DNA of 64,000 bases from the NCBI GenBank assembly GCA_963711565.1, contig CAVQEQ010000004.1:992001-1056000 (forward strand). The letters run 5' to 3'. This DNA is from an uncultured delta proteobacterium (lineage in GTDB: Bacteria > Desulfobacterota > Binatia > Binatales > Binataceae). Positions 37,689-47,558 of the stretch are shown piece by piece. The position numbers and the translations under genes are program-made. The notes below the pieces were generated by a model that was not told the DNA's origin, made no database searches, and saw only the letters and a program-made list of their open reading frames with translations. Within the stretch, counting starts at the first letter, position 1. Each line of letters opens with the position of its first letter.

Positions 37689-38588
37689 TCAGGCCCTCGG
37701 ATTGTTGCGCGAGAATTGCCGGAACTTCGCAACCAGCGGAAATCCCATCGGCGTATCGATCACTTGATCGAGCTCAAAATCGATCACTCGTTCCGCTCCA
37801 GGGAACTTGCGTATGCGGTCGAGACTCCAGTCGATCGATGCTCGACCAGTCAGCTGCAGCGTGCGGCCGCTATCGAAGTCGATGAACAGCAGTCCCGCGT
37901 GCGGATTGACCGTCAGGTTGCCGAGCGTATTGAACATGCTGTTGCCGTTGTAATCGGGGTAAGCGATGTGCCGTTCGTCGAGTATCCGCACGAAGCCGGG
38001 ATTGCCGCCCTTGTGCGACACGTCCGCGCCGCGCTCGGGATTGTCGGTCGCGATGAAGAACGTGTCGGCGCGAGAAATCCGCTCTTGTGCCGATGCTGAT
38101 AGCGTGGTGGCTACCCTGGCTTTCTGATTGGCCGAATGAATTTCCCGTTTGCCTGTGAATATTCGTTCCTGCAAGTAGCGGCGACAGTTGCCGTAAACCT
38201 CGTCGGTCGCGATGTAGATTGCGCCATCCTTGATCACGCCCCGGCCGTTGACCCGCACGCGCCGCGAAGAGACGAAATCCGGCGCGAACAGGGCTGCGTG
38301 ACCCTCGGTCGCGAGATTGCGGACGATCGGATCGCCGGACGATATAGGCGCCGCGATTTTGAGCGTGCGCTCGTCAACCGTCTCGATGAACCCAGGGTCG
38401 CCGATGACCACCGACGCCCAAACGTTCCCGCGACTATCGCCGGTGCCAAGTACCGCCATTTGCCGGCGTTCGAGAAACTCACTCGCACCTGCGGGAAGAT
38501 GATCGACGATGCCTTCGCCGACGTCCTCGGCGATGTCGCGGACTCCGGCCCGTTCCTGGACCGCGATTTCTCCGCTGTGAAATCTCAT
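37689..38588 (-). CDS. Tandem pyridoxamine 5'-phosphate oxidase-like FMN-binding protein
   Basis: FHSGE.AVQ.RAG, RVRVNG, DVSHKGG.PGFV, PDYNGN.MFNTLGNL. Confidence 0.88.
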   Translation of the reverse strand: MRFHSGEIAVQERAGVRDIAEDVGEGIVDHLPAGASEFLERRQMAVLGTGDSRGNVWASVVIGDPGFIETVDERTLKIAAPISSGDPIVRNLATEGHAALFAPDFVSSRRVRVNGRGVIKDGAIYIATDEVYGNCRRYLQERIFTGKREIHSANQKARVATTLSASAQERISRADTFFIATDNPERGADVSHKGGNPGFVRILDERHIAYPDYNGNSMFNTLGNLTVNPHAGLLFIDFDSGRTLQLTGRASIDWSLDRIRKFPGAERVIDFELDQVIDTPMGFPLVAKFRQFSRNNPRA

Positions 38589-38594
38589 CGACTT

Positions 38595-39074
38595 CTATTG
38601 CGCCGGTGCGCCGGGCGGCGCGGCATGTTGTACCGGCATTACTCGCAATTTCACGAGGCAGGGCGGACCGTCGTCGCCGTAGCATAGGTTGCTGACTTCG
38701 CCGAGTCGGGAATTGCGATCGTCGTGCGTGTAATCGGGACAGATCCAATGGCCGCCTTCGCGGTAAAGCGCGACCGCGAAATATTGGCCAGTCGCGAGAT
38801 TCCCGGACACCGGCGCGCCACCGGACGAGACCGGCCGCGTGTCAACAATGTCGAAACCGTCGTGCGCGGCATCGGGCGAATACTGCATGAAGAACATTCG
38901 CCATTGCCGTCCCGGAAGCGCGGTCACCTGGTATTCCATCGCGTGATTGTACGAGAAGACCGGCTTGTCGCGGCATAGCCACGGCCGCGCCTCTTGCGCC
39001 GACGCCGATGCTGCGGTCAGCGCCGCTATCGCCGCCGCGATCGAAAAGCATGTTGCAGCTTTTAGAATTTTCAT
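38595..39074 (-). CDS. Secreted hypothetical protein
   Basis: Signal peptide ending ASA-Q; ATG overlaps the mutase stop. Confidence 0.7.
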   Translation of the reverse strand: MKILKAATCFSIAAAIAALTAASASAQEARPWLCRDKPVFSYNHAMEYQVTALPGRQWRMFFMQYSPDAAHDGFDIVDTRPVSSGGAPVSGNLATGQYFAVALYREGGHWICPDYTHDDRNSRLGEVSNLCYGDDGPPCLVKLRVMPVQHAAPPGAPAQ

Positions 39075-41011
39075 GACTGTTCCCGATCCGCGATCGCGAT
39101 GATGCGACCGATGATCTCGCCGAGGTTGGAGTCCTTGGGGGTGAAGACCGCTTTGACGCCGAGCGCGAGCAGGGCGGTGCGGTCGGCTTCGGGGATAATC
39201 CCGCCCATCACGAGCGCGACGTCGGCGGCGCCGCGACTCTTTAGCAAGTCGATCGTATCGCGCGCGATTGACATGTGTGCGCCGGCGAGACTCGAGATTG
39301 CGAGCACGTCAACGTCTTCCTCGAGCGCCGTCGCGACCATCTGCTCCGGCGTTTGCTTGAAGCCCGCGAGGACTACCTCCATCCCGGCTTGCATGCATGC
39401 GTGCGCGAGCAGCTTGATAGCGTTGATATGGCCGTCGAGGCCGGCCTTGCCGAGCGCGATGCGAATCTTCCGCTTCGCGACGGGCACTTTCAGCGCGCCG
39501 ACGCTCACGCTGGTTTCGAGAATCGGCGGCGTGTAGCGGCCGCGGCCGACGCGCACTAGTGAGTCGGTCCATTCGCCGACGGTGCCACCGGCGCGCGCGA
39601 GATCGATCGTCGCCTCGATCAGTCCGCTGCCGCCGTTATCCGCGCCTGCGCGTTCGAGCGCCTCGCGCGCTTTCGCAACGGCGGCCCGGTTGCGCGTCGC
39701 GCGCCATTTCTTGATCGATTCGATGCGTTCCTTTTCCTTCGACGCATCCGCGCCGTGGTCCGCATTCTGTTTCGGCGGCGGCGTGAGTCCGACTTCGCCG
39801 GTGAAGGCATTGACGCCGATCTGCACGATCTCGCCCGACTCGACTTTGCGATGACGCTCGGCCAGCTGGCGCGTCAGCTCGCCGCTGACGATTGAAATTG
39901 CGCGCGAGTAGCCCGCCTCGCGCGTGCGGATCGCGATTTCGCGCGCGCGCGTCGCGGTCTCGTCGGTGAGCTTCTCGATAACCTTGCTGCCCTCGAAAAT
40001 ATCGCCGTAGCCCGCCAGCCCGGTCTCATACATGAGAACCTGCTGCGTGCGGAGGCTGAGCGTCTGCTCGGACTGGTCGGGCAGACTGAGTGCCTCGCGA
40101 AAGCCTGGCAACTGCAGCGCGTTAACGCGCGCGTCGGCCGACAGCACGACCGGCAGCGCCTCATATGCGATGCGAATAATGTTCACCTCAGGCTGCGGCT
40201 CGGTGAGCGTGAGCGATCGCACCTGGCATCCGGCGCGGAAAGCGACGTCATTGACGCCGTACTCGCTGGCGCATAGCTCACGCCAGAGTTTGAAGTACGC
40301 GCGAATCTTGCAAATCTCGGGGACCAGCTCGATGCCGCTGTTGATAAAAAATGAAATGCGGCGGACGGTTTGCTCGAAAGCGGCCGCGTCGAGCTTGGGA
40401 CGGATCGCGTCGAGAATCAGCAGCGCGTTGCCGAAGGCGTAGCCGATTTCCTCGGCGGGACCGGCGCCGCTCTCCATGTAGTGGTAGCCGCAACAGTTGA
40501 TCGGATTCCAGTTGGGCACGCGCTCCACGGCGAAACGAATCAGCTCGGTCGAGAGGCGAAACGACAGCTCGGGATGAAAAATCGAAGTGCCGCGCGCGAC
40601 GAATTCCTTCAGCAGATCGTTCTGCGTCGTGCCGCGCAGCTCGGACCACGGCACGCCATGCTTTTCCGCGACGACCAGGTACAGCGCGAGGACGAACGGC
40701 GCCGTCGCGTTAATCGTCATCGAGGTGTTGATCGACTGAAGCGGGATGCCCTCGAAGAGTCGCTCCATGTCATCCCAGTGGCAGATCGAAACTCCCGCTT
40801 CGCCGACCTCGCCGCGCGCGACCGGAGCGTCGGGGTCGTAGCCGTTTTGGGTGGGTAGGTCGAACGCGATCGAAAGGCCGCGCTGGCCCTGCTTCAAGTT
40901 CGCGAGGAATCGCTCGTTGGCCTGGCGCGCATCGCCGAAGCCGGCGTAAGTGCGGATGATCCACGGCTCGCGAGGCACGCGGGATTTTTTCTCAGCTTCC
41001 GGCATCGACAC
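39071..41011 (-). CDS. B12-dependent acyl-CoA mutase, ethylmalonyl-CoA mutase/MeaA-like but divergent
   Basis: PW..RTYAG, GLSIAFDLPTQ.GYD, NTSMTINATA, GTTQND.LKE, C-terminal GLDGH B12-binding domain. Confidence 0.85.
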   Translation of the reverse strand: MSMPEAEKKSRVPREPWIIRTYAGFGDARQANERFLANLKQGQRGLSIAFDLPTQNGYDPDAPVARGEVGEAGVSICHWDDMERLFEGIPLQSINTSMTINATAPFVLALYLVVAEKHGVPWSELRGTTQNDLLKEFVARGTSIFHPELSFRLSTELIRFAVERVPNWNPINCCGYHYMESGAGPAEEIGYAFGNALLILDAIRPKLDAAAFEQTVRRISFFINSGIELVPEICKIRAYFKLWRELCASEYGVNDVAFRAGCQVRSLTLTEPQPEVNIIRIAYEALPVVLSADARVNALQLPGFREALSLPDQSEQTLSLRTQQVLMYETGLAGYGDIFEGSKVIEKLTDETATRAREIAIRTREAGYSRAISIVSGELTRQLAERHRKVESGEIVQIGVNAFTGEVGLTPPPKQNADHGADASKEKERIESIKKWRATRNRAAVAKAREALERAGADNGGSGLIEATIDLARAGGTVGEWTDSLVRVGRGRYTPPILETSVSVGALKVPVAKRKIRIALGKAGLDGHINAIKLLAHACMQAGMEVVLAGFKQTPEQMVATALEEDVDVLAISSLAGAHMSIARDTIDLLKSRGAADVALVMGGIIPEADRTALLALGVKAVFTPKDSNLGEIIGRIIAIADREQS

Positions 41012-41065
41012 AAGGTTAGTTATCGAAGCCTCGGGATTCCAGCTAGCGGGAAGGGGGACCGGTCG

Positions 41066-42025
41066 TCAGCGCCGATGCGCCGCGCGGGCTGGGAGTTCCT
41101 GGTCGCGATGGCGGGCGAGGTCGGAGGCGAGGGTATCGATCAATTCGATTCCCGAGAGGCCGCTATGCTCGGCGATTTCGACGACGGGGCGGCCGGTCTC
41201 CGTGCGGATTTTTGCGATTGCTTTGCGCGCTTCCGCTGCGCGATTCAGTTCCGATTTTGCCAGCTCGGCCAGGTGCTCGAGGTCCTTCTTGCGGAGATGA
41301 GGGCCGCGCCGAGTTGTCAGCGCCGATATGTCGGCGGCATCGAATTCTGACGGCGGCATCCGATTGAAAAGTACGGCGGCCGGCGTCAGATGGATTTCAG
41401 TCAGCTGAGCATGCATCTCTATCGTTTCGGAAATCGAAAGAGAGTCGGCGGTGGTGACCTGGATGATTGCGCAATTGCGCCGATCGCGCAGCATCTGCGA
41501 GATGTTGCGCGCTTCCTTGCCGACGACGCTGTCGCCGAAGGTCGAGCGCGCCGCGGTCGGCATCTTGAGCAGGCTCATCGCCTGCCCGCTCGCGGGCGCG
41601 TCAACGATTATCACGTTGCTGGCGGGCGCCTTCGGATCGTTTCGCCCGGCGTCATAGAAGACTTTCCCGAGCATCATCAGTTCGCGCAGGCCCGGCGCGG
41701 CTTGTACGAAAAATTGATAGAGGCGGCTGGCGAAGACCGCCTTCAACAGCATCCGGCCCGGTACGACCAGGTGCAGATATTCTTCGAGTGCGGCGCGGCC
41801 GTCGAGCGTCATAAGCGCGAGATCGTGCGCGACAATCGTCGGCACGAATGACGGCTTGACGCCGAAGGTCGCCGCCAGCGGCGCGCGCGCGTCGCATTCC
41901 ATTATCAGCGCGCGCGAGCCTGACAGTGTCGCTAGCCTGGCGAGCGCGGCGCTGAGAGTAGATTTGCCGACGCCGCCCTTGCCGAGCACGATCAGCACGC
42001 GGCGGCCGAGGATTTCGTTTAGCAT
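41066..42025 (-). CDS. ArsA/Get3-like ATPase (second subunit type)
   Basis: GKGGVGKST, AAPGLRELMMLGK, VDAPASG. Confidence 0.88.
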   Translation of the reverse strand: MLNEILGRRVLIVLGKGGVGKSTLSAALARLATLSGSRALIMECDARAPLAATFGVKPSFVPTIVAHDLALMTLDGRAALEEYLHLVVPGRMLLKAVFASRLYQFFVQAAPGLRELMMLGKVFYDAGRNDPKAPASNVIIVDAPASGQAMSLLKMPTAARSTFGDSVVGKEARNISQMLRDRRNCAIIQVTTADSLSISETIEMHAQLTEIHLTPAAVLFNRMPPSEFDAADISALTTRRGPHLRKKDLEHLAELAKSELNRAAEARKAIAKIRTETGRPVVEIAEHSGLSGIELIDTLASDLARHRDQELPARAAHRR

Positions 42026-42038
42026 TTGCGGGGAGGAA

Positions 42039-42076
42039 CCTAACCTCTAACCCCTTCCCATAGTCGGAAGGGGAAC
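42039..42076 (-). repeat. Solo family A unit between fabH and the ArsA-like gene
   Basis: CCTAACCTCTAACCCCTTCC-catagtc-GGAAGGGGAAC. Confidence 0.8.
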
Positions 42077-42091
42077 CTGTCAGTAAGAAAA

Positions 42092-43069
42092 TTACCAGCG
42101 GACCAGGTTTGCTCCCCAGGTGAGGCCGCCGCCGCATGCGTTCAGCATCACGATGCTGCCGTCGTGGATACGGCCTTGCTCGAGTGCTTCGTCGAGCGCG
42201 ATTGGCACGGACGCGGCCGAAGTGTTGCCGTAGCGATCAATATTCGTGAAGACTTTTTCCGGCGGCATCCCGAGCCGCTCCGCGACCGCCGAAATAATTC
42301 GCATGTTAGCCTGATGCGGCACGAACAGGTCGATGTCCTCGAGCTTGACGCCCGCGCGCTCGGCAACGAGGCGGCTGACATCCTCCATGCTCTTGACAGC
42401 GATCTTGAAAAGCTCGGGACCCTTCATCTGAATCGCGTCATCGGGGGAGCGCCGCACTTCCGAATCGATCGTGCTGCGGGTTCCGGTCGAGCGGACGGAG
42501 AGCAGCGTCCAATGCTCGCCCGATGAGCGCAGCAGGCTCGACAGCACCCCGCGATTTCCCGGCTCGGTGACCATCACGCATGCGCCCGCGCCGTCGCCAA
42601 ACAGTACTGCCGTGCGGCGATCGTTCCAATCGACCATCGTCGAGAGCGCGTCCGCGCCGACTACGAGTACACGCTTGAAATCGCCGGCGCGCATCTGGGC
42701 GTCGGCGACTTGAACCGCGTACACAAAGCCGGAGCATGCGGCGGCAACGTCGAAGGCGGGTATCGTCGAGATGCCGAGGCCGTACTGAACCTGGCAGGCG
42801 AAGGAGGGGAAGCCGTACTCGGAGGAAACGGTGCCGACGATGATCGCGTCGAGGTCGGACGGCTTGACGCCGGCGCGATCCAGGGCGATACGGCTGGCGT
42901 CGGTCGCGATCAGCGCGAGCGATTCGCCCTGGCGCATCAGGTAGCGCTGGCCGATGCCGGTGCGCGAGCGGATCCATTGATCGGACGTGTCCATGTACCG
43001 CTCGAGATCGTTGTTGGTCAGCGCGGTGCGCGGTACGGCCCGTCCGGTAGCGACAATTCTTGAGCCCAT
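42092..43069 (-). CDS. fabH: 3-oxoacyl-ACP synthase III
   Basis: TSDQWI.SRTGI, AACSGF, LFGDGAGA, PHQAN.RI, GNTSAAS. Confidence 0.96.
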   Translation of the reverse strand: MGSRIVATGRAVPRTALTNNDLERYMDTSDQWIRSRTGIGQRYLMRQGESLALIATDASRIALDRAGVKPSDLDAIIVGTVSSEYGFPSFACQVQYGLGISTIPAFDVAAACSGFVYAVQVADAQMRAGDFKRVLVVGADALSTMVDWNDRRTAVLFGDGAGACVMVTEPGNRGVLSSLLRSSGEHWTLLSVRSTGTRSTIDSEVRRSPDDAIQMKGPELFKIAVKSMEDVSRLVAERAGVKLEDIDLFVPHQANMRIISAVAERLGMPPEKVFTNIDRYGNTSAASVPIALDEALEQGRIHDGSIVMLNACGGGLTWGANLVRW

Positions 43070-43098
43070 GTTGAAACCAGTGAAAGAGTTAGCTCTGG

Positions 43099-44346
43099 TT
43101 AGGCGGGCCTGAAGGCCAGCGTCGTGTTGGTGCCGCCGAAGCCGAACGAATTATTCAGCGCGATGCGAATTGTCTTGGCGCGCGGCTTGTTCGGCACGTA
43201 GTCGAGGTCGCATTGGGGATCGGGGACTTCCTGGTTGATAGTCGGCGGCATCATCCTGCGATCGATCGCGAGCACCGTGTACACCGACTCGATTGCGCCG
43301 GCCGCGCCGAGCGTGTGCCCGGTCATCGACTTGGTCGAACTGATCGAAAGTTTTGCCGCGCGCTCGCCGAAGACGTGCTTCACCGCTTGAGTCTCGGCGA
43401 GGTCGCCCTGCTCGGTCGAAGTGCCGTGAGCGTTGATGTAATCGACCTCGTTGGGATCGAGGTCGCTGTCTTCGAGGCACATCCGCATGCACTTGGCGGC
43501 GCCGCGTCCCTCGGGCGCGGGCGACGTGATGTGATAGGCGTCGCTGTTGGCGGCGTAACCGCAGATCTCCGCGATGATCTTCGCGCCGCGCTCGATTGCG
43601 GCGTCGCGCTCCTCGAGGATCAGCGCGGCCGAGCCTTCCGACATCACAAATCCGTCGCGCTCCTTGTCGAACGGGCGGCTGGCTTTCGCGGGCTCTTCGT
43701 TGCGCGTCGAGAGCGCCCGCATCGCGACGAATCCGCCGACGCCGAGCGAAGTGATCGCCGCCTCCGAGCCGCCGGTGATCGCGGCGTCGAGGTAGCCGAG
43801 CCTGATCATGCGGTACGCCTCGCCGATCGCATGGCTGCCCGACGCGCACGCACTGGTGGTGGCAAGGTTGGCGCCGCGCGCGCCGTAGCGAATCGAGATC
43901 TGACCGGGCGCCAGGTTGCTGATCAGCTTGGGGATGAAAAACGGGGTGACGTGGCGCAGCCCGGTTTCGATGAAGACCTTGTGGTACTCCTCGATGGTGC
44001 AGAGGCCGCCGATGCCGACGCCGATCAGTACGCCGACGTTGTCGGCATTGTCTTCGGTGATTTTGAACCCCGACTGGCGCATCGCCTGCTCGGCCGACGC
44101 GACCGCGTACTGGATGAAGGGGTCCATCTTTTTGATGTCGCGTTTTTCGATCCAATCCTCGGGATTGAAATCCTTCACCTCGCCTGCGATGCGGGCGGGA
44201 AATTCCGAGGCGTCGAAGCGCGTAATCAGGCCGATACCGGATCGCCCCGCCATCAGGGCGTCCCAGTTCTTCTCCACTCCAACTCCGAGTGGAGTTACCA
44301 GACCGACTCCGGTGACCACCACGCGGCGCTCAAGCATTCGTCTCAT
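43099..44346 (-). CDS. fabF: 3-oxoacyl-ACP synthase II
   Basis: RVVVTG.G.VTPLG, SACASG, RPFDK.RDGFV, NAHGTST, KSMTGH, NSFGFGGTN. Confidence 0.96.
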   Translation of the reverse strand: MRRMLERRVVVTGVGLVTPLGVGVEKNWDALMAGRSGIGLITRFDASEFPARIAGEVKDFNPEDWIEKRDIKKMDPFIQYAVASAEQAMRQSGFKITEDNADNVGVLIGVGIGGLCTIEEYHKVFIETGLRHVTPFFIPKLISNLAPGQISIRYGARGANLATTSACASGSHAIGEAYRMIRLGYLDAAITGGSEAAITSLGVGGFVAMRALSTRNEEPAKASRPFDKERDGFVMSEGSAALILEERDAAIERGAKIIAEICGYAANSDAYHITSPAPEGRGAAKCMRMCLEDSDLDPNEVDYINAHGTSTEQGDLAETQAVKHVFGERAAKLSISSTKSMTGHTLGAAGAIESVYTVLAIDRRMMPPTINQEVPDPQCDLDYVPNKPRAKTIRIALNNSFGFGGTNTTLAFRPA

Positions 44347-44531
44347 CAGGCCCCTCATCCTCCATCGAATTCAACTTTAATCATCTATCAAAAAGCAGTG
44401 CCGGTCGAGAATCAGATCCACCTTCTTCCCACATTCGCCGTATCTGTGCATGGGGATTCCGCTAAGGATGGAAATAGTAATTAGACACCCCCTTATGGGT
44501 GCGCTAGGCTGGCCGACAAGAGTTCCTGCGA

Positions 44532-44747
44532 ATGACGAGCGAATTTACGGCTATAGTTGAGCGCGACGGCGACTGGTACATCGCGTACTGCGCTGAAATT
44601 CCGGGCGCCAACGGCCAAGGCCGGACCAAAGCGGAAGCAAAAGAGAGTCTGGCAAAGGCGATTAAACTGATCCTAGCCGATCGCCGCACCGATGCTCTTC
44701 GCGGAGTTCCGCCCAGAGCGGTACGGGAAACCGTAACGGTCAAGTGA
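44532..44747 (+). CDS. hicB: HicB-like antitoxin (short form, no DNA-binding domain)
   Basis: FTAIVE.DG.WY.A.C.EIPGANGQG.T..EA..SL..AI. Confidence 0.85.
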   Translation: MTSEFTAIVERDGDWYIAYCAEIPGANGQGRTKAEAKESLAKAIKLILADRRTDALRGVPPRAVRETVTVK

Positions 44748-44937
44748 AACGTGGCGACCTGCTTCGTCATGTTCGCCGCCACGGCTGCTATTTGAAGCGC
44801 GAAGGCAGCGCACATTCACTTTGGTGCAATCCCTCAACCGGCGCGGTGGAAGCGTGCCGCGCCACAATGAGATCGCGAATCGGCTCGCGGCGAAGATTTG
44901 CAAGGGGCTTTCGCTTCCGGAACCGGGTCGATCTTGA
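44744..44937 (+). pseudogene. hicA: HicA toxin with 1-nt deletion near 44853
   Basis: MKRGDLLRH...GC.L.REGSAHSLW.NP; restoring one G gives AVPRHNEIANRLAAKICKGLSLPEPGRS*. Confidence 0.85.
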
Positions 44938-45023
44938 GAGCAGTCCAAGGTTCGATTCGTAATCGCTTCGGTCAAGAGAACTCGGCCTTGCATCTAAACT
45001 TGGACCGATGAAACAATCCAATC

Positions 45024-45392
45024 GTGCCGCTCAGCAATCCCGCAGACGATCCGTTCACTAAACTCGCGCAAAATCTTGGCGAACTCGAGATCGTGATCGG
45101 CGAGCGTGCGCGGCCTGCGATTGCCGGCGTGCGCGAGGGTTTGCGCGACGCGCTCGCATGCCGCGAGCGGGGCGATATGGCCGGGTCGATTGCCGCGATT
45201 CGCGTCGCGATGGAGCGGCTCGCTAATCTCGGCAGCACGCTCGACCCGGAGGAGGGCGCGATGATGCGGTTTATCGCGGATCGATTCACCGAAGCGCTGG
45301 GCGCCGGGCAGAAGGGTGACGCGAAAACCAGCGTGGACCTGATGCGTCGCAAGGCCGGCGACACCAACGACGACGACAAGAAAGATTGGTGA
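45024..45392 (+). CDS. Hypothetical helical protein
   Basis: 122-aa ORF with genome-like codon usage upstream of tkt. Confidence 0.65.
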   Translation: MPLSNPADDPFTKLAQNLGELEIVIGERARPAIAGVREGLRDALACRERGDMAGSIAAIRVAMERLANLGSTLDPEEGAMMRFIADRFTEALGAGQKGDAKTSVDLMRRKAGDTNDDDKKDW

Positions 45393-45501
45393 CCGCGCCC
45401 GCAGTTGGCGAGTCGCGCGCGTCCTGCGGTAAAATTTAGCGACATCGATTGAACCTAAACCGCGGATTCGATTACCGCCCCAAACCACGCGTGGTGAAAC
45501 C

Positions 45502-47535
45502 TTGGCGACTGCATCTGCGCAAATCAAAGTGAACCGATCCGATCTCGACCAAACCTGTGTCAACGCGATTCGCGTGCTGACCATCGACGCGGTCCAGAAG
45601 GCCAACTCCGGCCATTGCGGGTTGCCGATGGGCATGGCGCCCGTCGCATACCTGCTCTACACGCGCTTCATGCGGCATAACCCGAAGAATCCAAAATGGT
45701 TCGGCCGCGACCGTTTCGTGCTCTCCGCCGGCCACGGCTCGATGCTGCTGTACAGCCTGCTCTATCTTACCGGCTACGATATCTCTCTCGACGACATCAA
45801 GCAGTTCCGCCAGCTCGGCAGCAAAACTCCCGGCCATCCCGAGTACTGGTGCGTCCCCGGCGTCGAGACCACCACCGGCCCGCTCGGCCAGGGCTTCGGT
45901 AACGCCGTCGGCATGGCGATGGCCGCGAAGCATCTCGAAGCGCACTTCGAGCGCGACAAGTCGGGCCTGTTCGACCATCGCATCTTCGGCATCTGCAGCG
46001 ACGGCGACCTGATGGAAGGCGTGTCGAGCGAGGCGGCGTCGATCGCGGGACACCTCGGGCTCGGCAACATTGTTTTTCTTTACGACGACAACCACGTGAC
46101 CATCGACGGGCACACCGAGCTCAGCTTCGACGAGGACGTGGTCAAGCGCTTCGACGCGTACAAGTGGCACACGCAGGATGTCGCGGATGCGAACGATCTC
46201 GTGGCGCTGTCGAAGGCGATTGAAAATGGAATCGCGGAGACCAGTCGCCCGTCGCTGATTCGAGTCCACTCGATCATCGGCTACGGCAGCCCGCATAAGC
46301 AGGGCACCTCGGCGGCGCATAGCAATCCGCTCGGCGTCGAAGAGGTCAAGCTGACCAAGGAATTCTACAAATATCCGACCGAGCCGCCGTTCTTCGTCCC
46401 CGACGACGCGCTGGCGCATTTCCGCGAATGCGTCGAGCGTGGCGAGGAGATGGAGTCGGCTTGGAGCACGAAGTTCGAAACCTACGCCAAAAAAAATTCC
46501 GTCCTGGCTGGAGAATTTCAGGCGGTACTCGCGAAGGAGCTGCCCAATGGATGGGACGCCGAGCTGCCCGTGTTCACGCCCAAGGACAGCCTGGCGACGC
46601 GAGTGTCAGCCTCGCAGGCCGAAGCTGCGATCGCGAAGAAAGTCTGGTTCCTGTTCGGCGGCTCCGCCGACTTGAACGAATCCACCTTCACCGACATCAA
46701 GGACGGCGGCGATTTCGAGCGCGGGAACTACGACGGCCGCAATCCACATTTCGGAATCCGCGAGCACGGCATGTGCTCGATTCTCAATGGCCTCGCGCTC
46801 CACGGCGGGTTCATCCCGTACGGCTCGAGCTTCCTGTGCTTTACCGACTACGCACGCGGGGCGATTCGGCTGGCGGCGCTGATGGAACTGCAGGTTGTCT
46901 TCGTCTTCACGCACGACTCGATCGGCGTCGGCGAGGACGGCCCGACGCACGAGCCTATCGAGCATCTCGCGTCCCTGCGCGCGATTCCGCATCTCACTGT
47001 GTTTCGCCCCGGCGACGCGAACGAGGCGGTCGAGGCCTGGCGCACCGTCATGACGCATACGCAGGGGCCGGTACTGCTCGCGCTCTCGCGGCAGAAGGTG
47101 CCGACGCTCGATCGTACGAAGATGGCGCCCGCGAGCGGCGCGCGACGCGGCGGCTACGTGATTAGTGAGACGCAAGGCCGTCCTGCGGACATCATTCTGC
47201 TCGGCTCAGGATCCGAGCTGTCGCTGGTCGTCGATGCGAAAGCGAAGCTTGAAGATAAGGGCAAGTCGGTCCGCGTCGTCAGCATGCCCAGCGAAAATAT
47301 TTTCGAGCAGCAGGATCAGGCTTATCGCGATTCCGTTCTGCCGCCGGCCATTCGCCGCCGGCTCGCGGTGGAAGCGGGCGCGACGATGTCATGGTACCGA
47401 TGGGTCGGGCTCGACGGCGACATTATCGGGATGACGACCTACGGCGCCTCGGGCAAGTCCGAAGAAGTGATGAAGCATTTCGGCTTCACCGTGGACAACG
47501 TCGTCGAGCGCGCGCTGAAATTGCTCGCGCGTTAG
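45502..47535 (+). CDS. tkt: Transketolase
   Basis: ANSGH.G.PMG, RDRFVLSAGH, TTGPLGQG, DGDLMEG, GIREH, THDSIG.GEDGPTH. Confidence 0.97.
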   Translation: MATASAQIKVNRSDLDQTCVNAIRVLTIDAVQKANSGHCGLPMGMAPVAYLLYTRFMRHNPKNPKWFGRDRFVLSAGHGSMLLYSLLYLTGYDISLDDIKQFRQLGSKTPGHPEYWCVPGVETTTGPLGQGFGNAVGMAMAAKHLEAHFERDKSGLFDHRIFGICSDGDLMEGVSSEAASIAGHLGLGNIVFLYDDNHVTIDGHTELSFDEDVVKRFDAYKWHTQDVADANDLVALSKAIENGIAETSRPSLIRVHSIIGYGSPHKQGTSAAHSNPLGVEEVKLTKEFYKYPTEPPFFVPDDALAHFRECVERGEEMESAWSTKFETYAKKNSVLAGEFQAVLAKELPNGWDAELPVFTPKDSLATRVSASQAEAAIAKKVWFLFGGSADLNESTFTDIKDGGDFERGNYDGRNPHFGIREHGMCSILNGLALHGGFIPYGSSFLCFTDYARGAIRLAALMELQVVFVFTHDSIGVGEDGPTHEPIEHLASLRAIPHLTVFRPGDANEAVEAWRTVMTHTQGPVLLALSRQKVPTLDRTKMAPASGARRGGYVISETQGRPADIILLGSGSELSLVVDAKAKLEDKGKSVRVVSMPSENIFEQQDQAYRDSVLPPAIRRRLAVEAGATMSWYRWVGLDGDIIGMTTYGASGKSEEVMKHFGFTVDNVVERALKLLAR

Positions 47536-47558
47536 CGCGCCCGCTCGCTTATAAAGTT

